A DNA stretch of 32,000 bases, from positions 360,001-392,000 of the forward strand of contig NZ_CP007496.1 of assembly GCF_000803625.1 (NCBI RefSeq), read 5' to 3'. The position numbers and the translations under genes are program-made. The notes under the pieces were generated by a model. That model was not told where the DNA came from and did not search any database. It saw only the letters and a list, made by a program, of their open reading frames with translations. Source of the stretch: Candidatus Nanosynbacter lyticus. Lineage in GTDB: Bacteria; Patescibacteriota; Saccharimonadia; Saccharimonadales; Saccharimonadaceae. Numbering within the stretch: position 1 is the stretch's first letter; every line of letters starts with the position of its first letter. This document shows positions 1-7,961 of the stretch, piece after piece.

Positions 1-498
1 TTTCGCCATCAACTGAGCCTTAGCACCGGCAGCGCGTACCATTTGTGCACCCTTACCAGCGGTCAACTCAATAGCGTAAATCATCGTACCAACAGGGATA
101 GCAGACAGCGGCAGGCGGTTTGATGCCTCGATTGGCGCTTCCTCGCCAGTCTGAATAGTCTTGCCTTTGACCATCGAGGTGTCGGCCAATACGTAGTGGT
201 ACAAATTGTACTGATCTTTCACTCGAGCGATACGGGCTGAGCGGTTTGGATCGTACTCAATTTCTTCAATCGTCAGCGTCAGACCAGCCGGCAAATTGTG
301 GTTCACCAAACGGTAGTGACGACGAACGCCACCGCCGCGATGACGCACGGTGATACGGCCCTGGTTATTGCGGCCAGCATTTTGCTTTTTGGCTTTGATC
401 AGACTTTTGAGCGGTTTTCTTGTCGTGATATCCGACAAGTCCTGACTCGTCATGCCGCGACGAGCAGGAGTGGTTGGATTGTAAGCTTTCACTGGCAT
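1..498 (-). CDS. rplB: 50S ribosomal protein L2, N-terminal part (gene runs off the left window edge)
   Basis: Minus-strand frame from ATG 498-496 reads MPVKAYNPTTPARRGMTSQDLSDITTRKPLKSL...GRITVRHRGGGVRRRYRLV, the conserved L2 N-terminus. The start overlaps the rplW stop by 1 nt (TAATG). It follows L23 as in S10 operons. It is absent from the ORF track because it is open at the window edge. Confidence 0.9.
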   Translation of the reverse strand, partial: MPVKAYNPTTPARRGMTSQDLSDITTRKPLKSLIKAKKQNAGRNNQGRITVRHRGGGVRRHYRLVNHNLPAGLTLTIEEIEYDPNRSARIARVKDQYNLYHYVLADTSMVKGKTIQTGEEAPIEASNRLPLSAIPVGTMIYAIELTAGKGAQMVRAAGAKAQLMAK

Positions 499-818
499 TA
501 CTTGGTCTCCTCCATCTGCTGCTCTACTGCGTCAAACACATCGAGCTTATCGCCTTCTTTCAGCGTCACGTAAGCCTTCTTCCAATCCTTGCGCGTTGTT
601 GTGCCAGGATAACGATTCTTGCCTCGTGAGAAACGCACAGCTTTGCCGTCTTGCACCAAGGTTTTCACCTTTAGGACGGTAACGTCAAATTGCGCTTCAA
701 CTGCTGCTTTGATCTCGTTTTTATTAAGGTTGAGCGGAACGCGGAACACGTACACGCCATTGGCGCTCTGTGCATATGCTTTCTCGCTAATGCGTGGGAT
801 AATTGTCATCTGTTTCAT
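498..818 (-). CDS. rplW: 50S ribosomal protein L23
   Basis: 106-aa ORF, MKQMTIIPRISEKAYAQS...VYVFRVPLNLNKNEIKAAVEAQFDV, L23-like. Sits between L4 and L2. Confidence 0.9.
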   Translation of the reverse strand: MKQMTIIPRISEKAYAQSANGVYVFRVPLNLNKNEIKAAVEAQFDVTVLKVKTLVQDGKAVRFSRGKNRYPGTTTRKDWKKAYVTLKEGDKLDVFDAVEQQMEETK

Positions 819-819
819 A

Positions 820-1419
820 TTACGCTTCCTCCTTACCCAGCCATTCAGTGATTACTGGCAGAGCTTTCGGGGTCATGACAATAGTATCCGCATTCAGAAT
901 GTGGTAGACGCTGAGGTAGCTCGCGCGAATCACCAATACGTTCTGAATGTTGTTTGTGGCACGCATCAATTCTGGCGTCTTTTCGTCGACGACGATCAGC
1001 ACGCGGCGCTCAAACTTGTTGTCAGCCAAGAAGGTTGCGACCTCTTTAGTCTTGCCAGTCGTCTTGATATCTTTGACGACGATCTTCTTCGCTTCATTGG
1101 CTACCGTCAAGGCTTGGCGAATTGCCACTTTCTTGGCGGTTTTAGACAATTTTTTAGTGTAGTTTTCGTTACCGCGTGGGCCAAATACTACACCACCGCC
1201 GCGCCAGATTGGGTTACGGCTTGAGCCAAAACGTGCTCGACCAGTTCCCTTTTGCTTCCATGGTTTTTTACCACCACCGGAAACTTCACCACGCTGCTTG
1301 GTGGTTGCACTTGCCAAACGAGCGTTGGCCAGGTAGCTGTCATATGCCAATTTCAACAGTTCGTGGTTTGGCACTTCAACAGCAAAAATGTCTTTAGGAA
1401 GTTTGGTTGATTCAGCCAT
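820..1419 (-). CDS. rplD: 50S ribosomal protein L4
   Basis: 199-aa ORF with GGGKKPWKQKGTGRARFGSSRNPIWRGGGVVFGP, the L4 signature region. The start overlaps the rplC stop by 1 nt (TAATG). Confidence 0.95.
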   Translation of the reverse strand: MAESTKLPKDIFAVEVPNHELLKLAYDSYLANARLASATTKQRGEVSGGGKKPWKQKGTGRARFGSSRNPIWRGGGVVFGPRGNENYTKKLSKTAKKVAIRQALTVANEAKKIVVKDIKTTGKTKEVATFLADNKFERRVLIVVDEKTPELMRATNNIQNVLVIRASYLSVYHILNADTIVMTPKALPVITEWLGKEEA

Positions 1420-2033
1420 TACTTGTTACCTCCTAAAATGATCAGCCCTTTTCGCGGCCCAGGTACAGCGCCCTTTACCCCGATCAGATTGGTCTCTGGA
1501 TCAACATATGCCACTTCCAGGTTCTTGACGGTAACGCGCTCGTGGCCCATGTGGCCAGCCATCGTCTTACCCTTGAACACTTTTTGTGGATACATCGAGC
1601 CAATTGAACCTGGCTTACGAGTATTACCTTTACCACCGTGCGTCTTGCGGTGACGCTTAAAGTTGTGGCGTTTAATGGTTCCAGCGAAACCTTTACCTTT
1701 GCTGGTTCCGGTCGCATCGACAGAATCGCCGACTTCGAACGCGGAAACGTTGATTTCATCGCCAACTTTGAGACCTTCAGGGATCTCGTCGACGCGGAAT
1801 TCCCGAATGTGCTTCGGGGTCACTTGGGCTGGCTTGACGTGTCCAGCCACGGCCTTGCTCAGGTTCTTACCCTCTCCATAAGCGACCTGTACCGCATTGT
1901 AACCGTCGGTTTCGACAGTCTTCACCTGAGTCACGGTGACAGGGCCGGCTTGGATCAGCGTCACCGGAATGGCTTTGCCGTCTTCAGCCAAGAGCTGGGT
2001 CATACCAAGTTTGGTACCGAGAAGTGTTTTCAC
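1419..2033 (-). CDS. rplC: 50S ribosomal protein L3
   Basis: 204-aa ORF, MKTLLGTKLGMTQ...KGKGFAGTIKRHNFKRHRKTHG. GTG start (2033-2031) preceded by GGGAGTGAGGAAAA. Confidence 0.95.
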   Translation of the reverse strand: MKTLLGTKLGMTQLLAEDGKAIPVTLIQAGPVTVTQVKTVETDGYNAVQVAYGEGKNLSKAVAGHVKPAQVTPKHIREFRVDEIPEGLKVGDEINVSAFEVGDSVDATGTSKGKGFAGTIKRHNFKRHRKTHGGKGNTRKPGSIGSMYPQKVFKGKTMAGHMGHERVTVKNLEVAYVDPETNLIGVKGAVPGPRKGLIILGGNK

Positions 2034-2182
2034 TTTTCCTCACTCCCACTTAAATACTCCTGATGACGTGCGGTTTCTGGGTTCTGAGTGAGGCGTTCAT
2101 GACAAACACTTCAACCATAGCCAGACCTGCTCATTCATCAAGGAGAACAGTTGATATTACGCGTAATAGAAATTACCTTGTG

Positions 2183-2212
2183 ATTGTAGCACAAAACATC
2201 GGTTAAAGTCAA
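2183..2212 (-). promoter_or_regulatory. Putative sigma70-type promoter for rplC-rplD-rplW-rplB (TTGACT, 18-nt spacer, TACAAT)
   Basis: Minus strand reads TTGACT (2212-2207), an 18-nt spacer, then TACAAT (2188-2183). It starts 5 nt after the stop of the upstream membrane-protein gene and about 140 nt before the rplC GTG. Confidence 0.5.
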
Positions 2213-2217
2213 GTAGA

Positions 2218-2550
2218 TCAGATCATCACGCCCACTGGCGTAAATGAGGTCAAAATTGCCATCAAAATGAGGGTGACGTACCAAATTTTACGGTTAAATT
2301 GGTACTGTTCAATTTTGAGGACGAGGAGTAGCGCGACGAACAAGCCAACTGGCACCGCCTGCACCGTAAAAGTGCCTAGTTCAAAGGGGTTTTTGAGACG
2401 TAGCCACAGCGCGCTGAGGATGACAAATATCACCAATTTCAAAAAGAACGTGCCGTCATTTTCATAAATTCGCTCACGTCCTTTGCGGCTGAACAAAGCA
2501 CTGGACTTTGAGCGGTTGCGGGCGTAGGTACGAGATTTTTGTTTTGTCAT
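2218..2550 (-). CDS. Small basic-N-terminus membrane protein (about 110 aa, 3 predicted TM segments), hypothetical
   Basis: ORF 2218-2589 trimmed to ATG 2550-2548 (MTKQKSRTYARNRSK...), because the upstream codons cover the rpsJ terminator and the -10 box. Hydrophobic stretches FFLKLVIFVILSALWL, AVPVGLFVALLLVL and WYVTLILMAILTSF. No family recognised. Confidence 0.55.
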   Translation of the reverse strand: MTKQKSRTYARNRSKSSALFSRKGRERIYENDGTFFLKLVIFVILSALWLRLKNPFELGTFTVQAVPVGLFVALLLVLKIEQYQFNRKIWYVTLILMAILTSFTPVGVMI

Positions 2551-2563
2551 AAGCTTGATGAGA

Positions 2564-2572
2564 ATTATAACA
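2564..2572 (-). promoter_or_regulatory. Extended -10 box TGTTATAAT for the small membrane-protein gene
   Basis: Minus strand reads TGTTATAAT, followed by 13 nt (tctcatcaagctt) and the ATG. No Shine-Dalgarno in between. Confidence 0.45.
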
Positions 2573-2573
2573 T

Positions 2574-2600
2574 AAAAAATCCGCCCCATTCAAGAGGCGG
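2574..2600 (-). terminator. Rho-independent terminator after rpsJ
   Basis: Minus-strand RNA CCGCCUC-UUGAAU-GGGGCGG (7-bp stem including one G.U pair) followed by AUUUUUUAU, 20 nt after the rpsJ stop. Confidence 0.7.
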
Positions 2601-2620
2601 AAATTTCTAGCGCGTTAAAA

Positions 2621-2938
2621 TTACATACGAATTTCAGCGTCAACGCCAGCTGGCAAGTTCAAATTCTGCAAGCTATCGATGGTCTTTGGTGTGGCGTTGG
2701 TGATGTCAATCAACCGCTTGTGAACGCGGCGCTCGTAGGTTTCACCACCCATTTTGTACACGTGTGGGCTTTTTACCACTGTGTAGGTGCTGCGACGAGT
2801 TGGTAGTGGCACTGGACCAGCAACGTTCGCGCCGGTGCGAATTGCAGTGTCGATGATTTGTTTTGCTGATTGGTCGATGACTTTGTGGTCATACGCCTTC
2901 AGACGGATGCGGATTTTGATCCCGGTATCTTGAGCCAT
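2621..2938 (-). CDS. rpsJ: 30S ribosomal protein S10
   Basis: 105-aa [42 protein letters not shown], typical S10. SD AAGGAGGAGC upstream. Confidence 0.95.
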   Translation of the reverse strand: MAQDTGIKIRIRLKAYDHKVIDQSAKQIIDTAIRTGANVAGPVPLPTRRSTYTVVKSPHVYKMGGETYERRVHKRLIDITNATPKTIDSLQNLNLPAGVDAEIRM

Positions 2939-3033
2939 AGCTCCTCCTTATGTGCAATCTCGTAACCTCTAATCATTCTACCGTACGAACAACCGAGTTC
3001 TCGAGATAAATTAGTAGTAACTAGGTGATTATA

Positions 3034-3978
3034 TCAATTTTCCTGGTCTTTATCAAGGTGGGCGATCATTCCACCGATGATCGCAGCGGAGTTATTTAGC
3101 GATTGCTTCTCGCGCTCGGTCAGTGGATAGCCCGTCAAAATTTTCACGCCGTCACAACAAATAATCGACGGTAAGCCCAGCACCACATTGTCCAGTCCAT
3201 ATTCACCCTCAGCCAGCGAACAGACTGGGTAGACTGTACGTGTTGACTGACGCAAAGCTGAAACGATTTTAGAGACCACAAAACCAATAGCAAAATACGT
3301 CGACTTCTTTGTCTCGATCACTCGGTAGGCGCGGTCACGGATTTTCTGCTCAATGCCCTCAATCATCTCCTCCGTAAAGCCTGGATATTCTCGAATGGGC
3401 ACCTCACCAACCTGCGCGGTCTCAATGGTCGAAAACGAAGAGTCGCCATGCTCACCCAAGATGTAGGCATCAACTGCTTTGCTATCGACGTTTAGCGCGT
3501 CTGCCAGGTATGACTTCAGGCGTGTGGTGTCCAGCGTCGTTCCCGTGCCGAACACTCGGGTTTTTGGCAGTCCCGATTCTTTCAAAGCTACATAGGTCAA
3601 GACATCAACTGGGTTACTGACGACCACCAAATACGGCTTGGCGCCACCAGCCATGATGTTTTTGACAATGTCACGCATGATACTGGCATTGACGCCGACC
3701 AATTCCAGTCGCGTCTGACCTGGCAACTGCGGCGAACCAGCGGTGATAACCACGATGTCATCGTCGTTGATATCAGCATAGTCGCCCGGGTGCACCACCA
3801 CGTTGCGGTCAAGCCCCATAGCATCGTTGATATCCGCCGCTTGACCCCACGCCAAATCCGCATTGCGGTCGATCAATACAATTTCTTCAATCACACTGCG
3901 CAGCGCACAAGCATATGCCGTCGTCGCACCAACCATTCCGCCACCACCGACAATCACCAATTTCTGTTTATTCACCAT
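3034..3978 (-). CDS. ldh: L-lactate dehydrogenase (LDH/MDH superfamily)
   Basis: 314 aa. Rossmann motif VIVGGGGMVGATTAYA. ITAGSPQLPGQTRLEL carries Gln at the position that, from recall, separates LDH (Gln) from MDH (Arg). Catalytic-His loop LGEHGDS. Confidence 0.85.
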   Translation of the reverse strand: MVNKQKLVIVGGGGMVGATTAYACALRSVIEEIVLIDRNADLAWGQAADINDAMGLDRNVVVHPGDYADINDDDIVVITAGSPQLPGQTRLELVGVNASIMRDIVKNIMAGGAKPYLVVVSNPVDVLTYVALKESGLPKTRVFGTGTTLDTTRLKSYLADALNVDSKAVDAYILGEHGDSSFSTIETAQVGEVPIREYPGFTEEMIEGIEQKIRDRAYRVIETKKSTYFAIGFVVSKIVSALRQSTRTVYPVCSLAEGEYGLDNVVLGLPSIICCDGVKILTGYPLTEREKQSLNNSAAIIGGMIAHLDKDQEN

Positions 3979-4045
3979 ATCTCCTTTTTCTTTTTACGTT
4001 AGATGGTTTCATTTTGTCATAAACATTATCACTTTGTCAATTGAC

Positions 4046-4074
4046 TTTACTTTATGGCAAAAAACATGTATAAT
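4046..4074 (+). promoter_or_regulatory. Putative promoter for the lipoprotein gene (TTTACT, 17-nt spacer, TATAAT)
   Basis: TATAAT at 4069-4074. TTTACT at 4046-4051 lies 17 nt upstream. About 45-nt leader to the ATG at 4119. Confidence 0.35.
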
Positions 4075-4118
4075 ATCGTCAATCTATTAACTTTTACATA
4101 TTATCAATGGGAGGATAT

Positions 4119-4856
4119 ATGGAAAGAGGAATACAAACAAAGGAAGCGCCACGCACAGGCATCGCGAGAATGTATCGATCGCTTGCTACATTAGCTTTAC
4201 TGCCGTCATGCTTTTTAGCTGGATGCGCAGGAGAGAAAGGAGTTGACGCCGGAAGCTCAAGTTCAGCTCCATACAGCAGCTCTGAAACCGCTACGCCTCA
4301 GCCGGAAAATAACGACTCCGAAAAAGGAATAGATATAGAAAAGAATTCGATTTACTATTCAGAAAATGGCGTTCGAGAAGGGTTTTCAGCTTACTGTACA
4401 GCAAGAACCTACAACGGATTCCCCGAAATGGCAGACTGCTCAGTATACTTGTGTGATGGAGATGACACAGTTAGGTTTACATTTGATAATGTAAATTTCA
4501 CCGAACAAACCTATGGAAAAAGAGAGCCTGGGGTTTCGGATCTAATGAGTAAAACAGCTACATTAGCAACAGACTATAGATATTATATTCCAGCAGAAAC
4601 CTTAAAGAATACAGCTGAGTGCAAAGAGAAGAAAAGTAACGTAGGGCAATTCACTAAACCCGTATCTTTCCCGTACGGCGAGAATGAGCAATACCTCTGT
4701 CTTCCTCAATTTTCAACCACAAGAGACGGCAGGAAAATGGGCATGAAGGTTACAAAGACTACATCCGTCAACGAGGAGGATAATAACGGTCCACGCTATC
4801 CGCTCTATACATTAGATATTTCTGAACAATGTTTTAATCCGATAACTGTCGATTAG
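4119..4856 (+). CDS. Cys-rich secreted lipoprotein, hypothetical
   Basis: ORF 4107-4856. Start moved to ATG 4119 just after GGGAGGA (4109-4115), though the 3-nt spacing is short, so 4107 or 4170 remain possible. Signal peptide with lipobox LALLPSCFLAG|C, followed by a Ser-rich linker. Six further Cys in the mature part. AT-rich relative to neighbours. Confidence 0.6.
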   Translation: MERGIQTKEAPRTGIARMYRSLATLALLPSCFLAGCAGEKGVDAGSSSSAPYSSSETATPQPENNDSEKGIDIEKNSIYYSENGVREGFSAYCTARTYNGFPEMADCSVYLCDGDDTVRFTFDNVNFTEQTYGKREPGVSDLMSKTATLATDYRYYIPAETLKNTAECKEKKSNVGQFTKPVSFPYGENEQYLCLPQFSTTRDGRKMGMKVTKTTSVNEEDNNGPRYPLYTLDISEQCFNPITVD

Positions 4857-4880
4857 ATATGTACTATCACGACGACATCA

Positions 4881-4908
4881 AAAATCCCCCGGGTTACCGG
4901 GGGATTTA
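4881..4908. terminator. Bidirectional rho-independent terminator between the lipoprotein gene (+) and tuf (-)
   Basis: aaaat-CCCCCGG-gtta-CCGGGGG-atttaatt: 7-bp GC stem (4886-4892 / 4897-4903) flanked by an A-run and a T-run. Lies between two convergent stops. Confidence 0.75.
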
Positions 4909-4929
4909 ATTAGGCTTGTGCTACAGAGA

Positions 4930-6114
4930 TTATTTGTTAATCTTTGTAATAACACCAGCACCAACGGTACGGCCACCTTCGCGGATAGCAAAGTTCAAAC
5001 CTTGCTCCATAGCGATTGGGGCGAGCAACTTAACCTTGAAGGTTACGGTGTCGCCTGGCATAACCATTTCTTTGTCAGCTGGCAGCTCAACTTCACCAGT
5101 CACGTCAGTGGTGCGGAAGTAGAACTGTGGCTTGTAACCCTTAGAGAATGGAGTGTGACGACCGCCTTCTTCCTTCTTCAAGATGTATACTTCAGCTTCA
5201 AACTCGGTGTGTGGGGTGATAGTACCTGGCTTACACAAAACCTGACCACGCTCAATGTCAGAACGCTCAATACCACGTAGCAAGACACCTGCGTTATCAC
5301 CTGCTTGACCTTGGTCAAGAGATTTCTTGAAGGCCTCAATACCAGTCACAACTGATTTTTGAGTTGGCTTCAAACCAACGATTTCAACTTCGTCGTTAAT
5401 CTTAACAACACCCTGCTCGATACGACCAGTTGCCACAGTACCACGACCCTTGATTGAGAAAACGTCCTCAATTGGCATGATGAATGGCTTGTCCATATCG
5501 CGAACTGGCTCTGGAATGTAGCTATCCATAGCTTCAACCAGTTCCATAATAGCGTCTTCGTACTTCTCTTCACCTTCAAGAGCCTTCAAAGCTGAACCCT
5601 TGATGATTGGAGCGTCTTTGTCAAAGCCGTTAGCTTCCAAAAGCTCACGAACTTCTTCTTCGATCAGCTCGACCATTTCTTCATCAGCCATGTCCATCTT
5701 GTTCAAGAAGACAACCAGCTTAGGCACACCAACCTGCTTTGCAAGCAGCACGTGCTCACGAGTCTGTGGCATTGGACCGTCAGTTGCGGCAATAACCAAA
5801 ACTGCACCGTCAACCTGAGCAGCACCGGTGATCATGTTCTTAACATAGTCGGCGTGACCTGGCATGTCAACATGCGCGTAGTGGCGCTTTGGTGATTCGT
5901 ATTCTTGGTGTGAAGACGCGATAGTAATACCACGTTGCTTCTCTTCTGGTGCGTTATCGATCTGGTCGTACGCAACAGGTTTGTTAACTGCGCTTGGAAG
6001 GCGCTTTGCCAACACTGCAGTAATCGCAGCAGTCAGCGTAGTCTTACCGTGGTCAACGTGGCCCATTGTACCAACGTTAACGTGCGGTTTGCTTCGGTCA
6101 AATGCATCTGCCAT
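4930..6114 (-). CDS. tuf: Translation elongation factor Tu
   Basis: 394 aa. [24 protein letters not shown] (G1), [15 protein letters not shown] (G3), NKMD (G4). Full-length EF-Tu architecture. Confidence 0.97.
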   Translation of the reverse strand: MADAFDRSKPHVNVGTMGHVDHGKTTLTAAITAVLAKRLPSAVNKPVAYDQIDNAPEEKQRGITIASSHQEYESPKRHYAHVDMPGHADYVKNMITGAAQVDGAVLVIAATDGPMPQTREHVLLAKQVGVPKLVVFLNKMDMADEEMVELIEEEVRELLEANGFDKDAPIIKGSALKALEGEEKYEDAIMELVEAMDSYIPEPVRDMDKPFIMPIEDVFSIKGRGTVATGRIEQGVVKINDEVEIVGLKPTQKSVVTGIEAFKKSLDQGQAGDNAGVLLRGIERSDIERGQVLCKPGTITPHTEFEAEVYILKKEEGGRHTPFSKGYKPQFYFRTTDVTGEVELPADKEMVMPGDTVTFKVKLLAPIAMEQGLNFAIREGGRTVGAGVITKINK

Positions 6115-6193
6115 TTGTAGAAGTTCTCCTTATTTAATTATTATTTTCACGCGGGTACAGTCCATTAAAAAGACCTCACGGCGTATGAGTTTA

Positions 6194-6221
6194 ATTATAA
6201 CGGTTTTCTAATCAGTTGTAA
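6194..6221 (-). promoter_or_regulatory. Putative tuf promoter (TTACAA, 16-nt spacer, TATAAT)
   Basis: Minus strand reads TTACAA (6221-6216), a 16-nt spacer, then TATAAT (6199-6194), directly after the tgt stop. About 70-nt leader to AAGGAG and the ATG. Confidence 0.4.
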
Positions 6222-6226
6222 ATAGC

Positions 6227-7438
6227 TTATTTCTTACTATAATACTTCGCCAAAAATGAATCACGGAACTCATAGAACATGCCATTTTCCAGACTTTCGC
6301 GAATGTCATCAACCAATTTGACGATAAATCGTTCGTTATGGATTGATAGCAACGTGCCAGCCAATGATTCGCGCGCATGCAAAAGATGACAGAGGTAAGC
6401 GGCAGTGTAATGGCGGCAAGTATAGCAGTCACAATCTTCCATAATCGGTTCAAACAGTTCGCGGTATTTTTGGCCGCGAACATTGACCCGACCAAACGGC
6501 GTGTAGGCGGCACCGTTTCTAGCCACACGCGTTGGACTGACGCAGTCAAAGGTATCAATCCCCTGTTCAATCGCCGCAAAAATGTCGTCTGGCTCAGAAA
6601 TACCGAGCAAATGCCGCGGCTTGTTTTCGGGCAAGATTTGATTGACCCACTGAATTGTCTGCGCCATGGTTTCCTTTTCTAGCGCACCGCCGATGCCGTA
6701 GCCATCAAAATCCATCGCACCTAGAAACTCAGCTGTTTGCTTGCGTAAATCTTCATAATTCGCACCCTGCAGCACGCCAAATAGCGCTTGATACGGCTTG
6801 TCGGGATGGGCTGCACGCAGACGTTTAACTTCCGCCAAACTCCGCTCCGCCCAAGCGTGCGTTCGCGCCAAGGCTTCCACTTGATACTCATACGGATCAA
6901 TCAGCGAGGTCAGCTCATCAAATGCGAAAGTAATATCCGCACCAATGCCCGCCTGAATCTGCATGGATAATTCTGGAGTAAATTTATGGTACGAGCCGTC
7001 GAGGTGTGATTTGAACACCACGCCATTTTCATCCACCCAAGCGTGGCGCGACGATTTTTTAGCGATGGCGATTTCCTCATCAACATCCGTACTCATCGCC
7101 AAAACCTTCTTAAAGCCCGAGCCCAAACTCAGCACCTGGAAACCGCCGCTATCAGTGAATGTCGGCCCTGACCAATTCATAAACTTGCCCAAATAGCCAG
7201 CCTTTTCAATCAGCTTGTGTCCTGGCTGCAAATATAGATGATAGGCGTTCGCTAGTACCGCCTGCGCACCGACATCTGCCACCATCTCCGGAATCATCGC
7301 CTTAACATTAGCCTTAGTTCCAACAACAATAAACGCCGGTGTTTTAATATCTCCATGCGGCGTGTGAATAATTCCGGTACGCGCCAGAGTGTCATTAAAT
7401 CGTGAAGTTATTTCAAAAGAAAAAGGTTTTTGTTGCAT
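6227..7438 (-). CDS. tgt: tRNA-guanine transglycosylase (queuine/preQ1 tRNA-ribosyltransferase family) with an atypical pocket
   Basis: ORF 6227-7501 trimmed to ATG 7438 (MQQKPFSFEITS...), which removes the overlap with the upstream gene. Motifs: TDSGGFQV, LFGVLQGANYEDLR, DGYGIGG, FDCVSPTR, and the Zn site CDCYTC...H (Cys336/338/341, His367 in my numbering). Confidence 0.9.
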   Translation of the reverse strand: MQQKPFSFEITSRFNDTLARTGIIHTPHGDIKTPAFIVVGTKANVKAMIPEMVADVGAQAVLANAYHLYLQPGHKLIEKAGYLGKFMNWSGPTFTDSGGFQVLSLGSGFKKVLAMSTDVDEEIAIAKKSSRHAWVDENGVVFKSHLDGSYHKFTPELSMQIQAGIGADITFAFDELTSLIDPYEYQVEALARTHAWAERSLAEVKRLRAAHPDKPYQALFGVLQGANYEDLRKQTAEFLGAMDFDGYGIGGALEKETMAQTIQWVNQILPENKPRHLLGISEPDDIFAAIEQGIDTFDCVSPTRVARNGAAYTPFGRVNVRGQKYRELFEPIMEDCDCYTCRHYTAAYLCHLLHARESLAGTLLSIHNERFIVKLVDDIRESLENGMFYEFRDSFLAKYYSKK

Positions 7439-7454
7439 AATCTGTCTGATTATA

Positions 7455-7961
7455 TCATGAAATGTCCTTAGGATTACCGCGCGACAAGCCAACAATGTCA
7501 CGAACTCTCACTAGATAAAGAACGTCGTCCTTAGAATTTTCCAATATCAGCATTGGCTCTCCAAGACTTAGTGGCAAATCTAAAATGTTTGATATTTTCT
7601 TAGTTAAATATGACGAGCCTTCAAGTTCTGGATTCCACAGCTCAACTTTATCCGCCCGTAAATTAAATGGTTCAGTCTCTTCGCCGACACCCACTTCTTT
7701 TAGGGTAGCGTCATTCCACGACACAGTACTCAGTAAATCACCAGGTAAACATCGATAGGCCATTACTACACATTCACCCTTAAACTCCCTCGGTTCACTA
7801 ATATTCCTAATGACACCACGAGACTCATCCTCGTATTGCTTTAATAACTCTAATTGCTCCTCCAAAGAAAAATCATAAAAAACCTCGCTATCAAATACTT
7901 CACTTACGTCCCGAGCAATATCATGCAGTAAATCAACAGCAAGCTCTAAGTCTTGCGTCAT
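7455..7961 (-). CDS. Hypothetical acidic cytoplasmic protein, 168 aa
   Basis: Clean ORF with a single possible ATG. It overlaps the upstream ORF by 29 nt and ends 16 nt before tgt. No TM segment, signal peptide or known motif. AT-rich. Confidence 0.55.
   Translation of the reverse strand: MTQDLELAVDLLHDIARDVSEVFDSEVFYDFSLEEQLELLKQYEDESRGVIRNISEPREFKGECVVMAYRCLPGDLLSTVSWNDATLKEVGVGEETEPFNLRADKVELWNPELEGSSYLTKKISNILDLPLSLGEPMLILENSKDDVLYLVRVRDIVGLSRGNPKDIS

Noticed and set aside
2098-2138. 13-codon upstream ORF (MNEQVWLWLKCLS) in the rplC leader, considered as a possible leader peptide.
   Set aside because: There is no SD in front of its ATG (the preceding sequence is the CUCCUU box). There is no run of regulatory codons. 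It is more likely a by-product of the structured leader.
4036-4045. 10-bp palindrome GTCAATTGAC in the ldh / lipoprotein divergent region, considered as an operator.
   Set aside because: It is short. It is also equally well explained as two back-to-back TTGAC -35-like hexamers, and neither arm sits at a workable spacing from a good -10 box. It is kept only as a cross-reference to the 11233-11262 repeat.
7439-7501. N-terminal extensions suggested by the ORF track for tgt (to 7501), rpsL (to 20013), thyA (to 31755), tmk (to 29035), dcd (to 30185), glgB (from 9166), the 442-aa ORF (to 9261), the small membrane protein (to 2589) and the tmk-coupled orphan (to 28365).
   Set aside because: Internal starts align with the conserved family N-termini and/or have SD sequences. 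The extensions would overlap neighbouring genes, terminators or promoters.
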